Positions 10,172 through 19,557 of a DNA stretch of 64,000 bases are shown piece by piece. Each line of letters opens with the position of its first letter. The stretch's first letter is position 1. The translations under genes and the position numbers were made by a program. Under the pieces are notes generated by a model. The model had not been told where the DNA came from, did not search any database, and saw nothing but the letters and a program-made list of their open reading frames with translations. Source of the stretch: a virus (lineage: Duplodnaviria; Heunggongvirae; Uroviricota; Caudoviricetes); IMG/VR virus record IMGVR_UViG_3300027601_000004; one strand, given 5' to 3'.

Positions 10172-11880
10172 TTGTATTTAAAAGTGTAGAGTGGAAGAAC
10201 TTTCTTTCAACAGGTAACGCAGCAAACAAAGTATTATTGAATAAATCACCAACTACTTTAATCATTGGTAAGAATGGTGAAGGAAAAAGCACAATCTTAG
10301 ATGCATTGTGCTTTTCGTTGTTTGGCAAACCATTTCGTAACATCAATAAGAATCAGTTGATTAACAGCATCAATGGTAAGAACTGTTTAGTTACTATCGA
10401 GTTTAATATTGGTCCAGCTGAATATAAAGTTGTTCGTGGTATCAAACCAAACATCTTTGAGATCTGGCAGAATGGAACTTTGATTAATCAGGATGCTGCT
10501 TCACGTGATTATCAAAAAAGTCTCGAACAGCAAATCCTTAAATTAAATTATAAAACTTTTACACAAGTAGTTATTCTTGGTAGTGCTTCTTTTGTTCCAT
10601 TCATGCAACTACCATCGGGACAACGTAGAGAAGTTATCGAAGACATTCTTGACATTCGCATTTTCTCTACCATGAATACATTATTAAAAGAAAAAGCACA
10701 GGAGACTAAAGATGCGATCGCAAAGATTGAATCGGAGATTGCTAACGCTAAGACGAAAGTTGAAAGCCAAACGAGTATTATTAAAACTATTAGCGATGCG
10801 AAGACAGAAACGATTAAAAATTTCCAAGCCAAAGTCGAATCCCATTCTGGAGAAATTAGCAGAATCCAGTCGGAGATTGATGTCATTCTCGGAGAAATAT
10901 CAACACTTAAAGGGAAGATCTCTGAGAAGGAAACAATCAACCAAGAGTTTGAAAAAGCAAAATCAATTAAATCCAAGTTGCTCCAGAAAGTCGAAACTTG
11001 CGAACACCATACAGAGTTTTTTAATGAACATGATGTATGTCCGTCGTGTAACCAAGATATCGCTGAAGAATACAAAGAGACCATTGTCAAAGATCTTAAT
11101 GCGAAACTCATGGACAACAACTCAAAGATTGATGAACTCGACACGATCCTCTCTGGACTTAATGAAAAACTCAAAAAGATTAATGAAGTGGCAGAAGCGA
11201 TTACCGATAAGAACATTGAGTTATCTACAAGAAACAGTACGATCACCCTACTCAACAAACAAATCGGTGAACTCCAAGCTGAGATTGAGGGGTCTAAATC
11301 TGACACAACTAACATCGATGAAGAGAAAGCCAAGTTAAAAGAACTTGCCACTGAAGCCATTGTTAAGATTAATACTAAAACATCTTTACAAGAACAGCGT
11401 AACATTGAAGAAGTTGCTTCTGCTTTATTGAAGGACACTGGTATCAAGACAGCGATTATTCGTGAGTATCTACCTGCCATGAATAAGTTGATCAACAAGT
11501 ATCTAAATGCGATGGATACTTACATTCACTTTGAACTTGACGAAGCATTTAACGAAGTTATTAAATCACGTTATCGTGATGACTTTACTTACGCAAGTTT
11601 TTCGGAAGGTGAAAAAATGAGGATTGACCTTGCAATACTTTTCACTTGGCGACAAATTGCAAAAATGAAGAACTCAGTCAATACAAACCTATTGTTGCTT
11701 GACGAGATTTTTGATTCTTCATTAGACACAGCTGGAACTGATTATTTCCTTAACCTGATGAACCAGTTTGGTGAAAAGTCAAATATCTTTGTTATCTCTC
11801 ACAAAGGAGACCAGCTCTTTGAGAAGTTTAGGTCTGTCATTAAGTTTGAGAAACGTAACGACTTCAGCGTTATAGCCTAA
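10168..11880 (+). CDS. 46: Recombination endonuclease subunit gp46 (Rad50/SbcC-like ATPase).
   Basis: Walker A GKNGEGKST, long coiled coil with a CPSC zinc hook, signature SEGEK, Walker B LLLDEIFD. Confidence 0.95.
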   Translation: MIVFKSVEWKNFLSTGNAANKVLLNKSPTTLIIGKNGEGKSTILDALCFSLFGKPFRNINKNQLINSINGKNCLVTIEFNIGPAEYKVVRGIKPNIFEIWQNGTLINQDAASRDYQKSLEQQILKLNYKTFTQVVILGSASFVPFMQLPSGQRREVIEDILDIRIFSTMNTLLKEKAQETKDAIAKIESEIANAKTKVESQTSIIKTISDAKTETIKNFQAKVESHSGEISRIQSEIDVILGEISTLKGKISEKETINQEFEKAKSIKSKLLQKVETCEHHTEFFNEHDVCPSCNQDIAEEYKETIVKDLNAKLMDNNSKIDELDTILSGLNEKLKKINEVAEAITDKNIELSTRNSTITLLNKQIGELQAEIEGSKSDTTNIDEEKAKLKELATEAIVKINTKTSLQEQRNIEEVASALLKDTGIKTAIIREYLPAMNKLINKYLNAMDTYIHFELDEAFNEVIKSRYRDDFTYASFSEGEKMRIDLAILFTWRQIAKMKNSVNTNLLLLDEIFDSSLDTAGTDYFLNLMNQFGEKSNIFVISHKGDQLFEKFRSVIKFEKRNDFSVIA

Positions 11881-11881
11881 A

Positions 11882-11908
11882 ACCCTACGTTCTGTAGGGT
11901 TATTTTTT
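11882..11908 (+). terminator. Rho-independent terminator (ACCCTAC-GTTCT-GTAGGGT followed by a T-run).
   Basis: 7-bp stem plus TATTTTTT; first member of the CCCTAC/GTAGGG hairpin family. Confidence 0.8.
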
Positions 11909-11977
11909 CCAATAAAATCAACGACTTACGATAGTGCTTTACAAATAATCAAAACTCGGGCATAATTCTACTATAGA

Positions 11978-12163
11978 ATGGAGAAAATTATGCAAAACCA
12001 GTGGAGTAGTTTTGATGACTTTGAATTGGCAAGTCTTTGCCACAAGTATGATATTGGTAATGTGTGTGAGTTTGAACACATCCTACCGATAAAGTTGGCA
12101 AATCGTGATGTGGTTGAGCAAGCATTGACTGAGTTTGAATTTGATATGGCATTTGGAGAATAA
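11978..12163 (+). CDS. Small hypothetical protein (61 aa).
   Basis: ORF with a GGAGAAAATTATG RBS. Confidence 0.3.
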   Translation: MEKIMQNQWSSFDDFELASLCHKYDIGNVCEFEHILPIKLANRDVVEQALTEFEFDMAFGE

Positions 12164-12169
12164 TATATT

Positions 12170-14395
12170 ATGGAAATGAAAGCATCTGATCTATCCGCAA
12201 GACTTCTTGCTACAGAAAATCTTTCTGTTGTTCGTGCAAGAACTCGCACTGCATCTTTCGATATTAAGAGTCGTGTATTGACTCTTCCTATGTGGAAAGA
12301 AATGTCCCCCGAAATTGAAGATATGTTGATCGGTCATGAAGTTGGTCATGCGCTATACACGACTGACGCATATATGAAACCGATCGAAGATAACCCAAAG
12401 ATTCGTAGTTATCTAAACGTCATCGAAGACGTGCGTATCGAGAAACTAATCAAACGTAAATATCCAGGTCTACGTAAGCGTATGAGTGATGGCTACAAAC
12501 AACTCAACGATCGTGACTTTTTTGGTGTTGGTCAGATTCAATCATTCGCTGAATTGAACCTTATCGACAAAATTAATCTCTACTTTAAAGCAGGTGTATT
12601 TTGTGGTGTAAAATTTACATCTGAAGAAAAGATTTTTGTTGAACGTGCTGAACGCACCGAAACTATTGACGATGTTATCACACTAGCCAATGATGTATAC
12701 GCATTCTCCAGAAAACAACTGGAAGAGCGCAAGAAACAAATGCAGGAATTGGGTTTGCAATCAAACGATGAAGACGAAGAAGATCCGATTGAATCTGACT
12801 TTGACATCGATTATGACGAAGACTTTGACGAAGAAGAACTTGACGATATGGAAGAGATTGAAAAAACTGTCAAGAGCACAAAGTCCAAAGAAACTGACGA
12901 ACAAGCAAACAATAATGATGATGAAGATCTTGAGTCTAAAACTGAACGTATTTTTTCCAGTAAACTAAGCGATCTCGCTGACGATACCACTGAGTATAAC
13001 TACTGGAAGTTTGATACTGATTATATGGATGAAGTTGTTGTTCCATTTAAAAAGATTCTTTCTGAAACAAAATCTCCAGAGCAGTGGCTAGATGATACAG
13101 ATGGTCGTGCAGAAAGATACACACGTTATGCTGAGCCAGATTATTTGACAAAGAAAGAACTTGCCGAGAAGAAAGACTTCGAACAATTTAAGATTGACTC
13201 CAGTCGTGCAGTAAACTATTTGGTCAAAGAATTCGAGATGCGCAAGAGTGCAACTATGTATAAACGTGCTCAAGTATCCAAGATCGGTTCATTGGATATG
13301 AAGAAAGTTTATGCATACAAACTCAAAGACGATATCTTTAAACGTGTGACCACTATACCAGAGGGTAAAAACCATGGTATGATTATGCTGGTTGACTGGT
13401 CTGGTTCTATGAATGAAGTTTTGCAAGATACAATTAAGCAGGTTGTTAATTTGGCTATGTTCTGCAATCGTGTTCAGATTCCTTATCGTGTTTATGCTTT
13501 TACATCTGCGTACTATGATTACGTTCGTGAGAATGCTTGTACTTCTGACGAAGCACGTTCACAACGATATACATATGAGCGTGAATTTGAAACAGCGAAA
13601 CGTGCTAAAGCTGAAACCGAAAAATTAATCGGTGCTGCCAATAATTGTTTCAATCTTCTTGAATTGTTCAGTAACAAAATGACTACCAGCGAATTCAATT
13701 CAATGGCACGTCGTTTGTTGCATTGGAAATTTCAGTGGAACAAAGGATATGAAACCAGTGGCACTCCACTTAACGAAGCATTGGTATGGTGCTACAATAA
13801 CGTTGGTTCGTTTGTTAAAAACAACAATATCGAGAAGATGACGTTCATTACTCTTACCGATGGCGAAGGTCATTCTTTGGCTCCTGTTGGATATCATCGT
13901 GGTTTGGATGATGTGCGAACTGAAATTGTTGGTGCTGAATACAAACGTATCAAACAGAAACATTATATCCGTGATGAAATTACTCAAAAGACTTATGAGT
14001 TTAATAAGTATGGTAACCATCAATCGAAAACTATTCTGCAAATGATGAAAGATCGTTACAACATTTCAGTACTGGGCTTTCATATCTGTCAGAATCATCG
14101 TCGTGACTTGCGTGGTGCAATGCAAGCAAATCTACCCGAGTATAGAGGTAGCGATGCTATGTTAATCGAAGAATGGAGAAAAGATTTCCGTGTCAAAGGA
14201 TTTGCATCAATCAAGAATACTGGTCGTGATGACTTGTTCCTGATTCCCCAATCTTCTACAAGAATTCAAGAGGGTGAGTTGGATGTGAAAGCAGATGCGA
14301 ATGCAAAGGCGATCGCAAGAAACTTTGGTAAGTTTTTGAATGTCAAGAAGACTAGCCGAGTCCTTCTGAATAACTTTATTGGCTATGTTGCATAA
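12170..14395 (+). CDS. cobT: CobT-like protein with a C-terminal von Willebrand A domain.
   Basis: MIDAS motif MLVDWSGSM, acidic D/E-rich linker, and a paired cobS-like ATPase immediately downstream. Confidence 0.7.
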   Translation: MEMKASDLSARLLATENLSVVRARTRTASFDIKSRVLTLPMWKEMSPEIEDMLIGHEVGHALYTTDAYMKPIEDNPKIRSYLNVIEDVRIEKLIKRKYPGLRKRMSDGYKQLNDRDFFGVGQIQSFAELNLIDKINLYFKAGVFCGVKFTSEEKIFVERAERTETIDDVITLANDVYAFSRKQLEERKKQMQELGLQSNDEDEEDPIESDFDIDYDEDFDEEELDDMEEIEKTVKSTKSKETDEQANNNDDEDLESKTERIFSSKLSDLADDTTEYNYWKFDTDYMDEVVVPFKKILSETKSPEQWLDDTDGRAERYTRYAEPDYLTKKELAEKKDFEQFKIDSSRAVNYLVKEFEMRKSATMYKRAQVSKIGSLDMKKVYAYKLKDDIFKRVTTIPEGKNHGMIMLVDWSGSMNEVLQDTIKQVVNLAMFCNRVQIPYRVYAFTSAYYDYVRENACTSDEARSQRYTYEREFETAKRAKAETEKLIGAANNCFNLLELFSNKMTTSEFNSMARRLLHWKFQWNKGYETSGTPLNEALVWCYNNVGSFVKNNNIEKMTFITLTDGEGHSLAPVGYHRGLDDVRTEIVGAEYKRIKQKHYIRDEITQKTYEFNKYGNHQSKTILQMMKDRYNISVLGFHICQNHRRDLRGAMQANLPEYRGSDAMLIEEWRKDFRVKGFASIKNTGRDDLFLIPQSSTRIQEGELDVKADANAKAIARNFGKFLNVKKTSRVLLNNFIGYVA

Positions 14396-14439
14396 CCCTA
14401 CGGATTGTAGGGGATTGCAAACCCTCTGGAATAGAGGGT
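14396..14439 (+). repeat. Tandem hairpin pair (CCCTAC-ggatt-GTAGGG then CCCTCT-ggaat-AGAGGG); member of a repeated element family.
   Basis: The same two-hairpin arrangement recurs at 23484-23536 and 62401-62445. Confidence 0.7.
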
Positions 14440-14450
14440 GAAAATATTGC

Positions 14451-14479
14451 TTTACAATAATTCAAAAAAGACGTATAAT
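14451..14479 (+). promoter_or_regulatory. T4-type early promoter TTTACA-17-TATAAT, preceded by a TGCTTTA (MotA-box-like) sequence.
   Basis: Exact consensus -10 and 17-nt spacer. The -35 region TACAATAATT and the -10 flank AATTATTGTA are inverted repeats of each other. Confidence 0.7.
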
Positions 14480-14504
14480 TATTGTATAGAGTGAAAGGAT
14501 TGTT

Positions 14505-14654
14505 ATGAAGTTCTTTGTTATTGATACTGTGAATAAAATTGTTGTTTCTGAAGGTTTCGCTAATTTCGGTCTGGCTTATGATTACCTTCGGTCTGTTGTG
14601 TTACCTGCTGATTATCCTGATGGTGGGGTTCTTGAAATTTGGTCTAGTGTTTGA
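14505..14654 (+). CDS. Small hypothetical protein (49 aa) directly downstream of the promoter.
   Basis: AAAGGA RBS 7 nt upstream of the ATG; too short to appear in the ORF track. Confidence 0.35.
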   Translation: MKFFVIDTVNKIVVSEGFANFGLAYDYLRSVVLPADYPDGGVLEIWSSV

Positions 14655-14678
14655 ATTTTTTATTATGAAAGTGAGTGA

Positions 14679-15851
14679 GTGATGGCAAAAATTACTGAGC
14701 AACAAAAAGCATTCTTCGAAGATAAACTCTTTGAGATGTTCCCTGATACAAAAACTACTGGTACAGTTACACGCAAGCAATTGCTGGAAGTTCGTGCCAA
14801 AAACAAAATCGACTACCACCCATTGTGGCTAATGCAAGATGTTGTTGGTCGTGGTTTATATTCAATTAATGGTGGTAAACCTTCTACTGTTGTAGTTGGA
14901 AATACTGTGGTAAAAACTAAATCTGAACCTGTAGAGTCTTTCGTGGTTGATTACACAAACACTGCATCATTGATTCCTAAGAAGGATTCAAACTTCGTCC
15001 CTTTCGGTAGCTACTCCGACTTGGAAGTTATTATCAAGTCTGGTATTTTCTACCCTGCATATATTTCTGGTCCAACTGGTAACGGTAAGTCTACCATGGT
15101 TGAGCAGATCTGTGCGAAATACAAAAAGCCACTCATTCGTGTTAACCTAAACATGATGACTGACGAAGAACAACTTATCGGCTCCAAAACATTGGAGAAT
15201 GGTAACGTAGAAATTGTTGAAGGACCAGTTCTAATCGCTATGCGTACTGGTACTACTCTGTTGCTTGACGAAATTGATGCTGGCTCTGCCAACACTCTGT
15301 TGTGCTTGCAACCGATTCTCGAGGGTAAACCTTACTATTTCAAACTCAAGAATGAGATGATTGTTCCTGCTCCTGGATTCAATGTTATTGCAACTGCGAA
15401 CACTAAGGGTAAGGGTAGTGACGATGGTCGTTATATCGGTACCAACGTATTGAACGAAGCATTCTTGGAGCGATTCGCTGTTACGTTTGAACAGGAATAC
15501 CCAGCTGCAAAAGTTGAGATTAAGATTATCAAGAATCTCATGGAAACTTATTCGTGTATTGACGAAGAGTTTGCAGAGACCCTTGTAAAGTGGGCTGATG
15601 CTATCCGTCGCACTTTCGAGGATGGTGGTGTGGATGAAACAATTACGACTCGTCGTATGATCCATATCGTTCGTGCATTTGCAATCTTCAAGAACAGGGA
15701 GAAAGCAGTCCAACTTTGTTGCAATCGTTTTGATGCTGCAACGAAAGCTGCATTTATTGACCTGTATGATAAAGTTGCAAACCCGCAACCAGAACCTGTA
15801 GCAGTGGAAGCACCTGTTGTGCAAGAACCTGCTCAGGAAATCCCATTTTAA
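14679..15851 (+). CDS. cobS: CobS-like / MoxR-family AAA+ ATPase.
   Basis: Walker A GPTGNGKST, Walker B LLLDEIDA, sensor motifs; the pairing with a VWA protein is the classic CobS/CobT arrangement in marine phages. Confidence 0.8.
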   Translation: MMAKITEQQKAFFEDKLFEMFPDTKTTGTVTRKQLLEVRAKNKIDYHPLWLMQDVVGRGLYSINGGKPSTVVVGNTVVKTKSEPVESFVVDYTNTASLIPKKDSNFVPFGSYSDLEVIIKSGIFYPAYISGPTGNGKSTMVEQICAKYKKPLIRVNLNMMTDEEQLIGSKTLENGNVEIVEGPVLIAMRTGTTLLLDEIDAGSANTLLCLQPILEGKPYYFKLKNEMIVPAPGFNVIATANTKGKGSDDGRYIGTNVLNEAFLERFAVTFEQEYPAAKVEIKIIKNLMETYSCIDEEFAETLVKWADAIRRTFEDGGVDETITTRRMIHIVRAFAIFKNREKAVQLCCNRFDAATKAAFIDLYDKVANPQPEPVAVEAPVVQEPAQEIPF

Positions 15852-15853
15852 AC

Positions 15854-15882
15854 TTGACAAATAATCAGGTTTAAGGTAGAAT
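15854..15882 (+). promoter_or_regulatory. Sigma70-type promoter TTGACA-17-TAGAAT.
   Basis: Consensus -35 with an exact 17-nt spacer. Confidence 0.55.
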
Positions 15883-15924
15883 TGTTATTGTAGTTGATTA
15901 TTAACTTTGAAAGGTGTATATATT

Positions 15925-16362
15925 ATGAAAAACTTTGCTGATCTGTCTAAAGCACAAAAAGCATTTTGCGTGCGTATTCTTGACGTATGTCCACAGTATA
16001 AGACTAAGAAAGATCTTACTTGGAAAGAGTTGCTTGCTGGTTACTTTCTTCTGAAAGAACAGCGTGGCTCTACTGGTGAGAAACTTGGTTTCCCCATGTG
16101 GCTCCAGAAAACTAACATCGTAGGTCGTGGTACTTATCAAATGCCATGGCCATCGGAGAAAGAACTTTCTGACTTCGTCGCTGCCAAGTCTGCTCCCAAA
16201 GCAGTTAAAGTGAAACAACCCAAAGCCATTAAGGTTAAGACTCCTAAAGCAGTTGCTCCCAAGAAAACTCGTCTTGAGAAAATTGTTGATGAGTCTAATG
16301 TTCACGATGCTGATGTTGAAGATTTCAACGCAATCCTTCGTGAGAATGGCATCGAAGTTTAA
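15925..16362 (+). CDS. Hypothetical protein with a C-terminal histone-H1-like K/P/A repeat tail.
   Basis: ATG with an AAAGG RBS; the C-terminus AVKVKQPKAIKVKTPKAVAPKKT is basic and repetitive. Confidence 0.5.
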   Translation: MKNFADLSKAQKAFCVRILDVCPQYKTKKDLTWKELLAGYFLLKEQRGSTGEKLGFPMWLQKTNIVGRGTYQMPWPSEKELSDFVAAKSAPKAVKVKQPKAIKVKTPKAVAPKKTRLEKIVDESNVHDADVEDFNAILRENGIEV

Positions 16363-16378
16363 TCTTCTATTTTCTAGT

Positions 16379-16418
16379 CGGGAGAGGGAATGCCATCACT
16401 TCTCCCGATCTTTTTTTT
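16379..16418 (+). terminator. Rho-independent terminator.
   Basis: CGGGAGA...TCTCCCG stem followed by 8 T. Confidence 0.8.
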
Positions 16419-16448
16419 GATGGCTGTTTATTATGGAGATATTATATA

Positions 16449-16700
16449 ATGTCCAAGCAAAATCTTTTATTGAAGCACCTACAAGCAGGTAAGCAGTTTA
16501 CTGCCAAGCAGATCTCTGCATCTTTCGGTATCGCCCACCCAGCTTCTACCATTCGTAACTTGCGTGAGCAAGGCTACTGTGTTTATTCAAACCCAGCAGT
16601 AGTAAATGGTACTGAAGTTGTTAAGTATCGTATGGGTCAACCATCACGTCGTATCGTTGGTCTTGCAGCCAAGATCGCAGGTTCACGTCTGTTTGCATAA
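16449..16700 (+). CDS. Small basic protein; possible winged-helix DNA-binding protein.
   Basis: 83-aa ORF with a GGAG RBS and an HTH-like segment (AKQISASFGIAHPASTIRNLREQGY). Confidence 0.35.
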   Translation: MSKQNLLLKHLQAGKQFTAKQISASFGIAHPASTIRNLREQGYCVYSNPAVVNGTEVVKYRMGQPSRRIVGLAAKIAGSRLFA

Positions 16701-16841
16701 TTTGAGTCGTATCTCTACAGGACAACTGCGTCCTTTCGCTGAGCAGACTTTAAACTAAAGAGCGATAAACAGATGCAGTCTATTTTTGCTGGTTACAGAC
16801 TATAAAGAAAAACCAGTACTAATTTTTGTAGTGGAGAAATA

Positions 16842-17180
16842 ATGGCAACTAAAGAAGAAATTAAAAAATCCCAAAACGCCACTACAGGTGGTCGTAAATT
16901 TGATGGTAACAAACTACAATATGGTTTGTTACCTCCACTTGCATTGAAAGCAACTGTAGAAATTCTAACATTTGGTGCGGAGAAATACGAACCAGATAAT
17001 TGGAAACATGTTCCAGATTCAAAGCGTAGATACTTTGATGCAATGCAAAGACATCTGTGGGCATGGAAAGAGGGAGAACAAAACGATCCTGAAACCAGCA
17101 AGAATCATTTGGCACACGCAATGTGCTGTCTAATGTTCTTGTACGAACACGATGTGAAATATTCAAAGGATGAGAAATGA
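16842..17180 (+). CDS. Hypothetical protein; possibly a nucleotide pyrophosphohydrolase-like domain.
   Basis: ORF with a GGAG RBS; the conserved-looking KYEPDNW...HLAHAMCCL pattern is only weakly reminiscent of phage dNTP diphosphohydrolase domains. Confidence 0.4.
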   Translation: MATKEEIKKSQNATTGGRKFDGNKLQYGLLPPLALKATVEILTFGAEKYEPDNWKHVPDSKRRYFDAMQRHLWAWKEGEQNDPETSKNHLAHAMCCLMFLYEHDVKYSKDEK

Positions 17181-17353
17181 TGAAGATCGTTACATCATTC
17201 GCTATTATTTTTGCTATCTTTTATTTTGGCATTCAAGCATTTTGTGCGTTGACTGGTAAACAGAAGTGGCATGTTTCTAAACTTTTATCATACAGTTTAG
17301 TGTGTGCAGTTCTGACTGGTTTATTTTTGGTCGGTATCGTTGTTTTATTTTAA
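17177..17353 (+). CDS. Small two-TM membrane protein (58 aa).
   Basis: ATGA overlap with the upstream stop; two hydrophobic helices. Confidence 0.3.
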   Translation: MMKIVTSFAIIFAIFYFGIQAFCALTGKQKWHVSKLLSYSLVCAVLTGLFLVGIVVLF

Positions 17354-17363
17354 GGAAATTATT

Positions 17364-18155
17364 ATGAAGAAAAGTGTTCTTGCTATTGCCATGCTGGCTG
17401 TTTTTGCCACTGGTTGCACTCGTATTGAAACAGGTGAAGTCGGTGTTCGTGTTGGATTTGACAAGCAAGTCCAGCAAGGAGAGTTGCTTCCTGGATCTTT
17501 TAATCAAGTGTTGATCGGTGATGTTCTTACATTCCCTATCAAAGATGTTAATGTTAAACTTGACGACATGACCCCTGTTGCCAAAGACAACAGCACTATG
17601 AAAGACTTTGATGCTGTGGTTATCTATAACATTAATCAAGCACAAGTTGCTGAACTCTATAGTCAAAAGAGTCAAGCATTCCACGCTAAACACAATGGCG
17701 ATATTTACCTGATGTATAATTACATTGTTCAAACTGCACGTAATGCTATTTACAAAGAAGCACGTAAGTACGAAGCACTGGATATGGCGGACAATCGTCA
17801 AGCAATGGAACAAGCAATCAGAGAGCAGATTCAAAAGAGTCTTGCTGATGAGAAACTTGATGGAAGTCTAATTATCGGACAGGTTCTTATTCGTAACATC
17901 GTTCCTGCTGATTCGGTTGTAGCATCTGCCAATGAATTGGTTCGTGCAAAGAATGAATTCAAACAGAAAGAAGTAGAAGTACAGACTGCTCGTAAAGAAG
18001 CTGAGCGGATGGCTGCTCTTGCAAATAACTCTGCGAGTTCCATTGCGTTTATGAATGCTCAAGCTGCATTGAATATCTCTGAAGGTATTAAGAATGGCAA
18101 GGTTCAGACTATTGTTGTTCCAAGCAATATGACTGGTTTGATGATTGGAAAATAA
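17364..18155 (+). CDS. SPFH/band-7 (prohibitin-like) lipoprotein.
   Basis: Signal peptide with lipobox ATGC; band-7 core; A/E-rich coiled C-terminus; AAGGA RBS. Confidence 0.75.
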   Translation: MKKSVLAIAMLAVFATGCTRIETGEVGVRVGFDKQVQQGELLPGSFNQVLIGDVLTFPIKDVNVKLDDMTPVAKDNSTMKDFDAVVIYNINQAQVAELYSQKSQAFHAKHNGDIYLMYNYIVQTARNAIYKEARKYEALDMADNRQAMEQAIREQIQKSLADEKLDGSLIIGQVLIRNIVPADSVVASANELVRAKNEFKQKEVEVQTARKEAERMAALANNSASSIAFMNAQAALNISEGIKNGKVQTIVVPSNMTGLMIGK

Positions 18156-18226
18156 ATTTTACTTTTAATCAGTTTGAAGGTAAAATGAGAATACATAGTT
18201 ATGTTACATATGAATAGGAGAAGTAA

Positions 18227-18880
18227 ATGAAGTTATCTAAAGAAACAGTTGCAGTAATTAAAAACTTTGCTGGTATTAATAGCAATCTGTTGTTGAAGCA
18301 AGGTAATAAACTTGCAACCATCTCATCACAGAAAAATGTGATGGCTGACACTACAGTGGCAGAAACATTTCCCGACTTTGGCATCTACGATCTCAATGAG
18401 TTCTTGGGTGCCATGTCTTTGTTCGAAGATCCTGAACTTGAGTTCGGTGAGAAGTTCGTTACAATCAAACAAGGTAAGAGTACGATTAAATACTTCGCTG
18501 CATCACCTGAAGTATTGACTGCTCCGCAGAAAGCAATCACATTCCCTGAAGCAGAGATTAACTTCAAACTAACTGCTACTCAGTTGGATATGCTTCGTAA
18601 GACTGCAGGTGTTCTTCGCAGTGAAGACCTATCAATCATCGGTGATGGTTCAACTATCATTGCTGTCGTTGGCGATAAGAAGAATGCTACCGCAAATAGT
18701 TTCAATGAAACTGTTGGTACCACAAACAAAACTTTCAAAGCAAACTTGAAGGTTGAGAACCTAAAGATGCTTCCTGGAGATTATGATGTTAGCATTTCTT
18801 CCAAGAAGATCTCTCGCTTCAAAGGTGCTGGTGATTTGGTTTATTATGTAGCCGTTGAAGCTGACTCTACATTTGAGTGA
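18227..18880 (+). CDS. 45: Sliding clamp gp45.
   Basis: MKLSKETVAVIKNFAGINSNLLLKQG aligns with T4 gp45 MKLSKDTTALLKNFATINSGIMLKSG; the length fits. Confidence 0.92.
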   Translation: MKLSKETVAVIKNFAGINSNLLLKQGNKLATISSQKNVMADTTVAETFPDFGIYDLNEFLGAMSLFEDPELEFGEKFVTIKQGKSTIKYFAASPEVLTAPQKAITFPEAEINFKLTATQLDMLRKTAGVLRSEDLSIIGDGSTIIAVVGDKKNATANSFNETVGTTNKTFKANLKVENLKMLPGDYDVSISSKKISRFKGAGDLVYYVAVEADSTFE

Positions 18881-19530
18881 GATCAATGACTCGAACAGAT
18901 ATATTCACCTATCCTATTTGGCAGTGGAAAGATCTGCCAATAGATAATGAAAAAATATCTAGCCATGCTTATACACTAAGAAGTAAAGATCCTGAGCATA
19001 GAAACCCAGAGGGACATAGTAAATATTCTTTAAAGTGGAAGAGTTATAATTTAACTAAAAAAGACTTTTTAGCATTCCCAGAAACTAAAAAGTTAATTGG
19101 TTTAATTTTTGAAAATGCAAAGACTTGTTTTAATGAGTTAAATCCAAGACCAACAGTTAATTTGGTTTTGGATTCTTGTTGGTTCAATATATATCCTCCA
19201 GGATCTAATCTAGAAAGCCATCCACATCCAGGGAATGTATTAGCTGGATCATACTACCCTAAAGTACCTTTAGAATCTGGCGATCTGGTTTATTTGCATC
19301 CAGATATTAGTACATATTTTAATTATGCAGCCAAATATTTCCATAACAGAAATAATATAACTGCAGTTAAACATTACGTTACACCAGTTGAAGGTGCGTT
19401 AGTTTTAGCACCTGCAAATATTATGCATGCCGTAAGAGAAAATAAATCTGAAGGTGATAGGATTTCTTTTTCGTTTAATTTTGGGGTTGTTGATGTAGAT
19501 ACCTATACACCCAATGATAGGTATTTTTGA
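18877..19530 (+). CDS. 2OG-Fe(II) oxygenase superfamily protein.
   Basis: HPHPG motif and a distal H typical of cyanophage-type 2OG-Fe(II) oxygenases. Confidence 0.65.
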   Translation: MRSMTRTDIFTYPIWQWKDLPIDNEKISSHAYTLRSKDPEHRNPEGHSKYSLKWKSYNLTKKDFLAFPETKKLIGLIFENAKTCFNELNPRPTVNLVLDSCWFNIYPPGSNLESHPHPGNVLAGSYYPKVPLESGDLVYLHPDISTYFNYAAKYFHNRNNITAVKHYVTPVEGALVLAPANIMHAVRENKSEGDRISFSFNFGVVDVDTYTPNDRYF

Positions 19531-19557
19531 TATTTAATTTGTTATAAGGAATTTGTT

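Noticed and set aside
10548-11498. 316-aa ORF on the minus strand
   Set aside because: Lies entirely within the well-supported gp46 (Rad50-like) gene on the + strand; its product is low-complexity Ser/Leu-rich. The same reasoning applies to the minus-strand ORFs at 17277-17834, 15231-15860, 25547-26038, 57804-58403 and 59486-59812, all nested in strong + strand genes.
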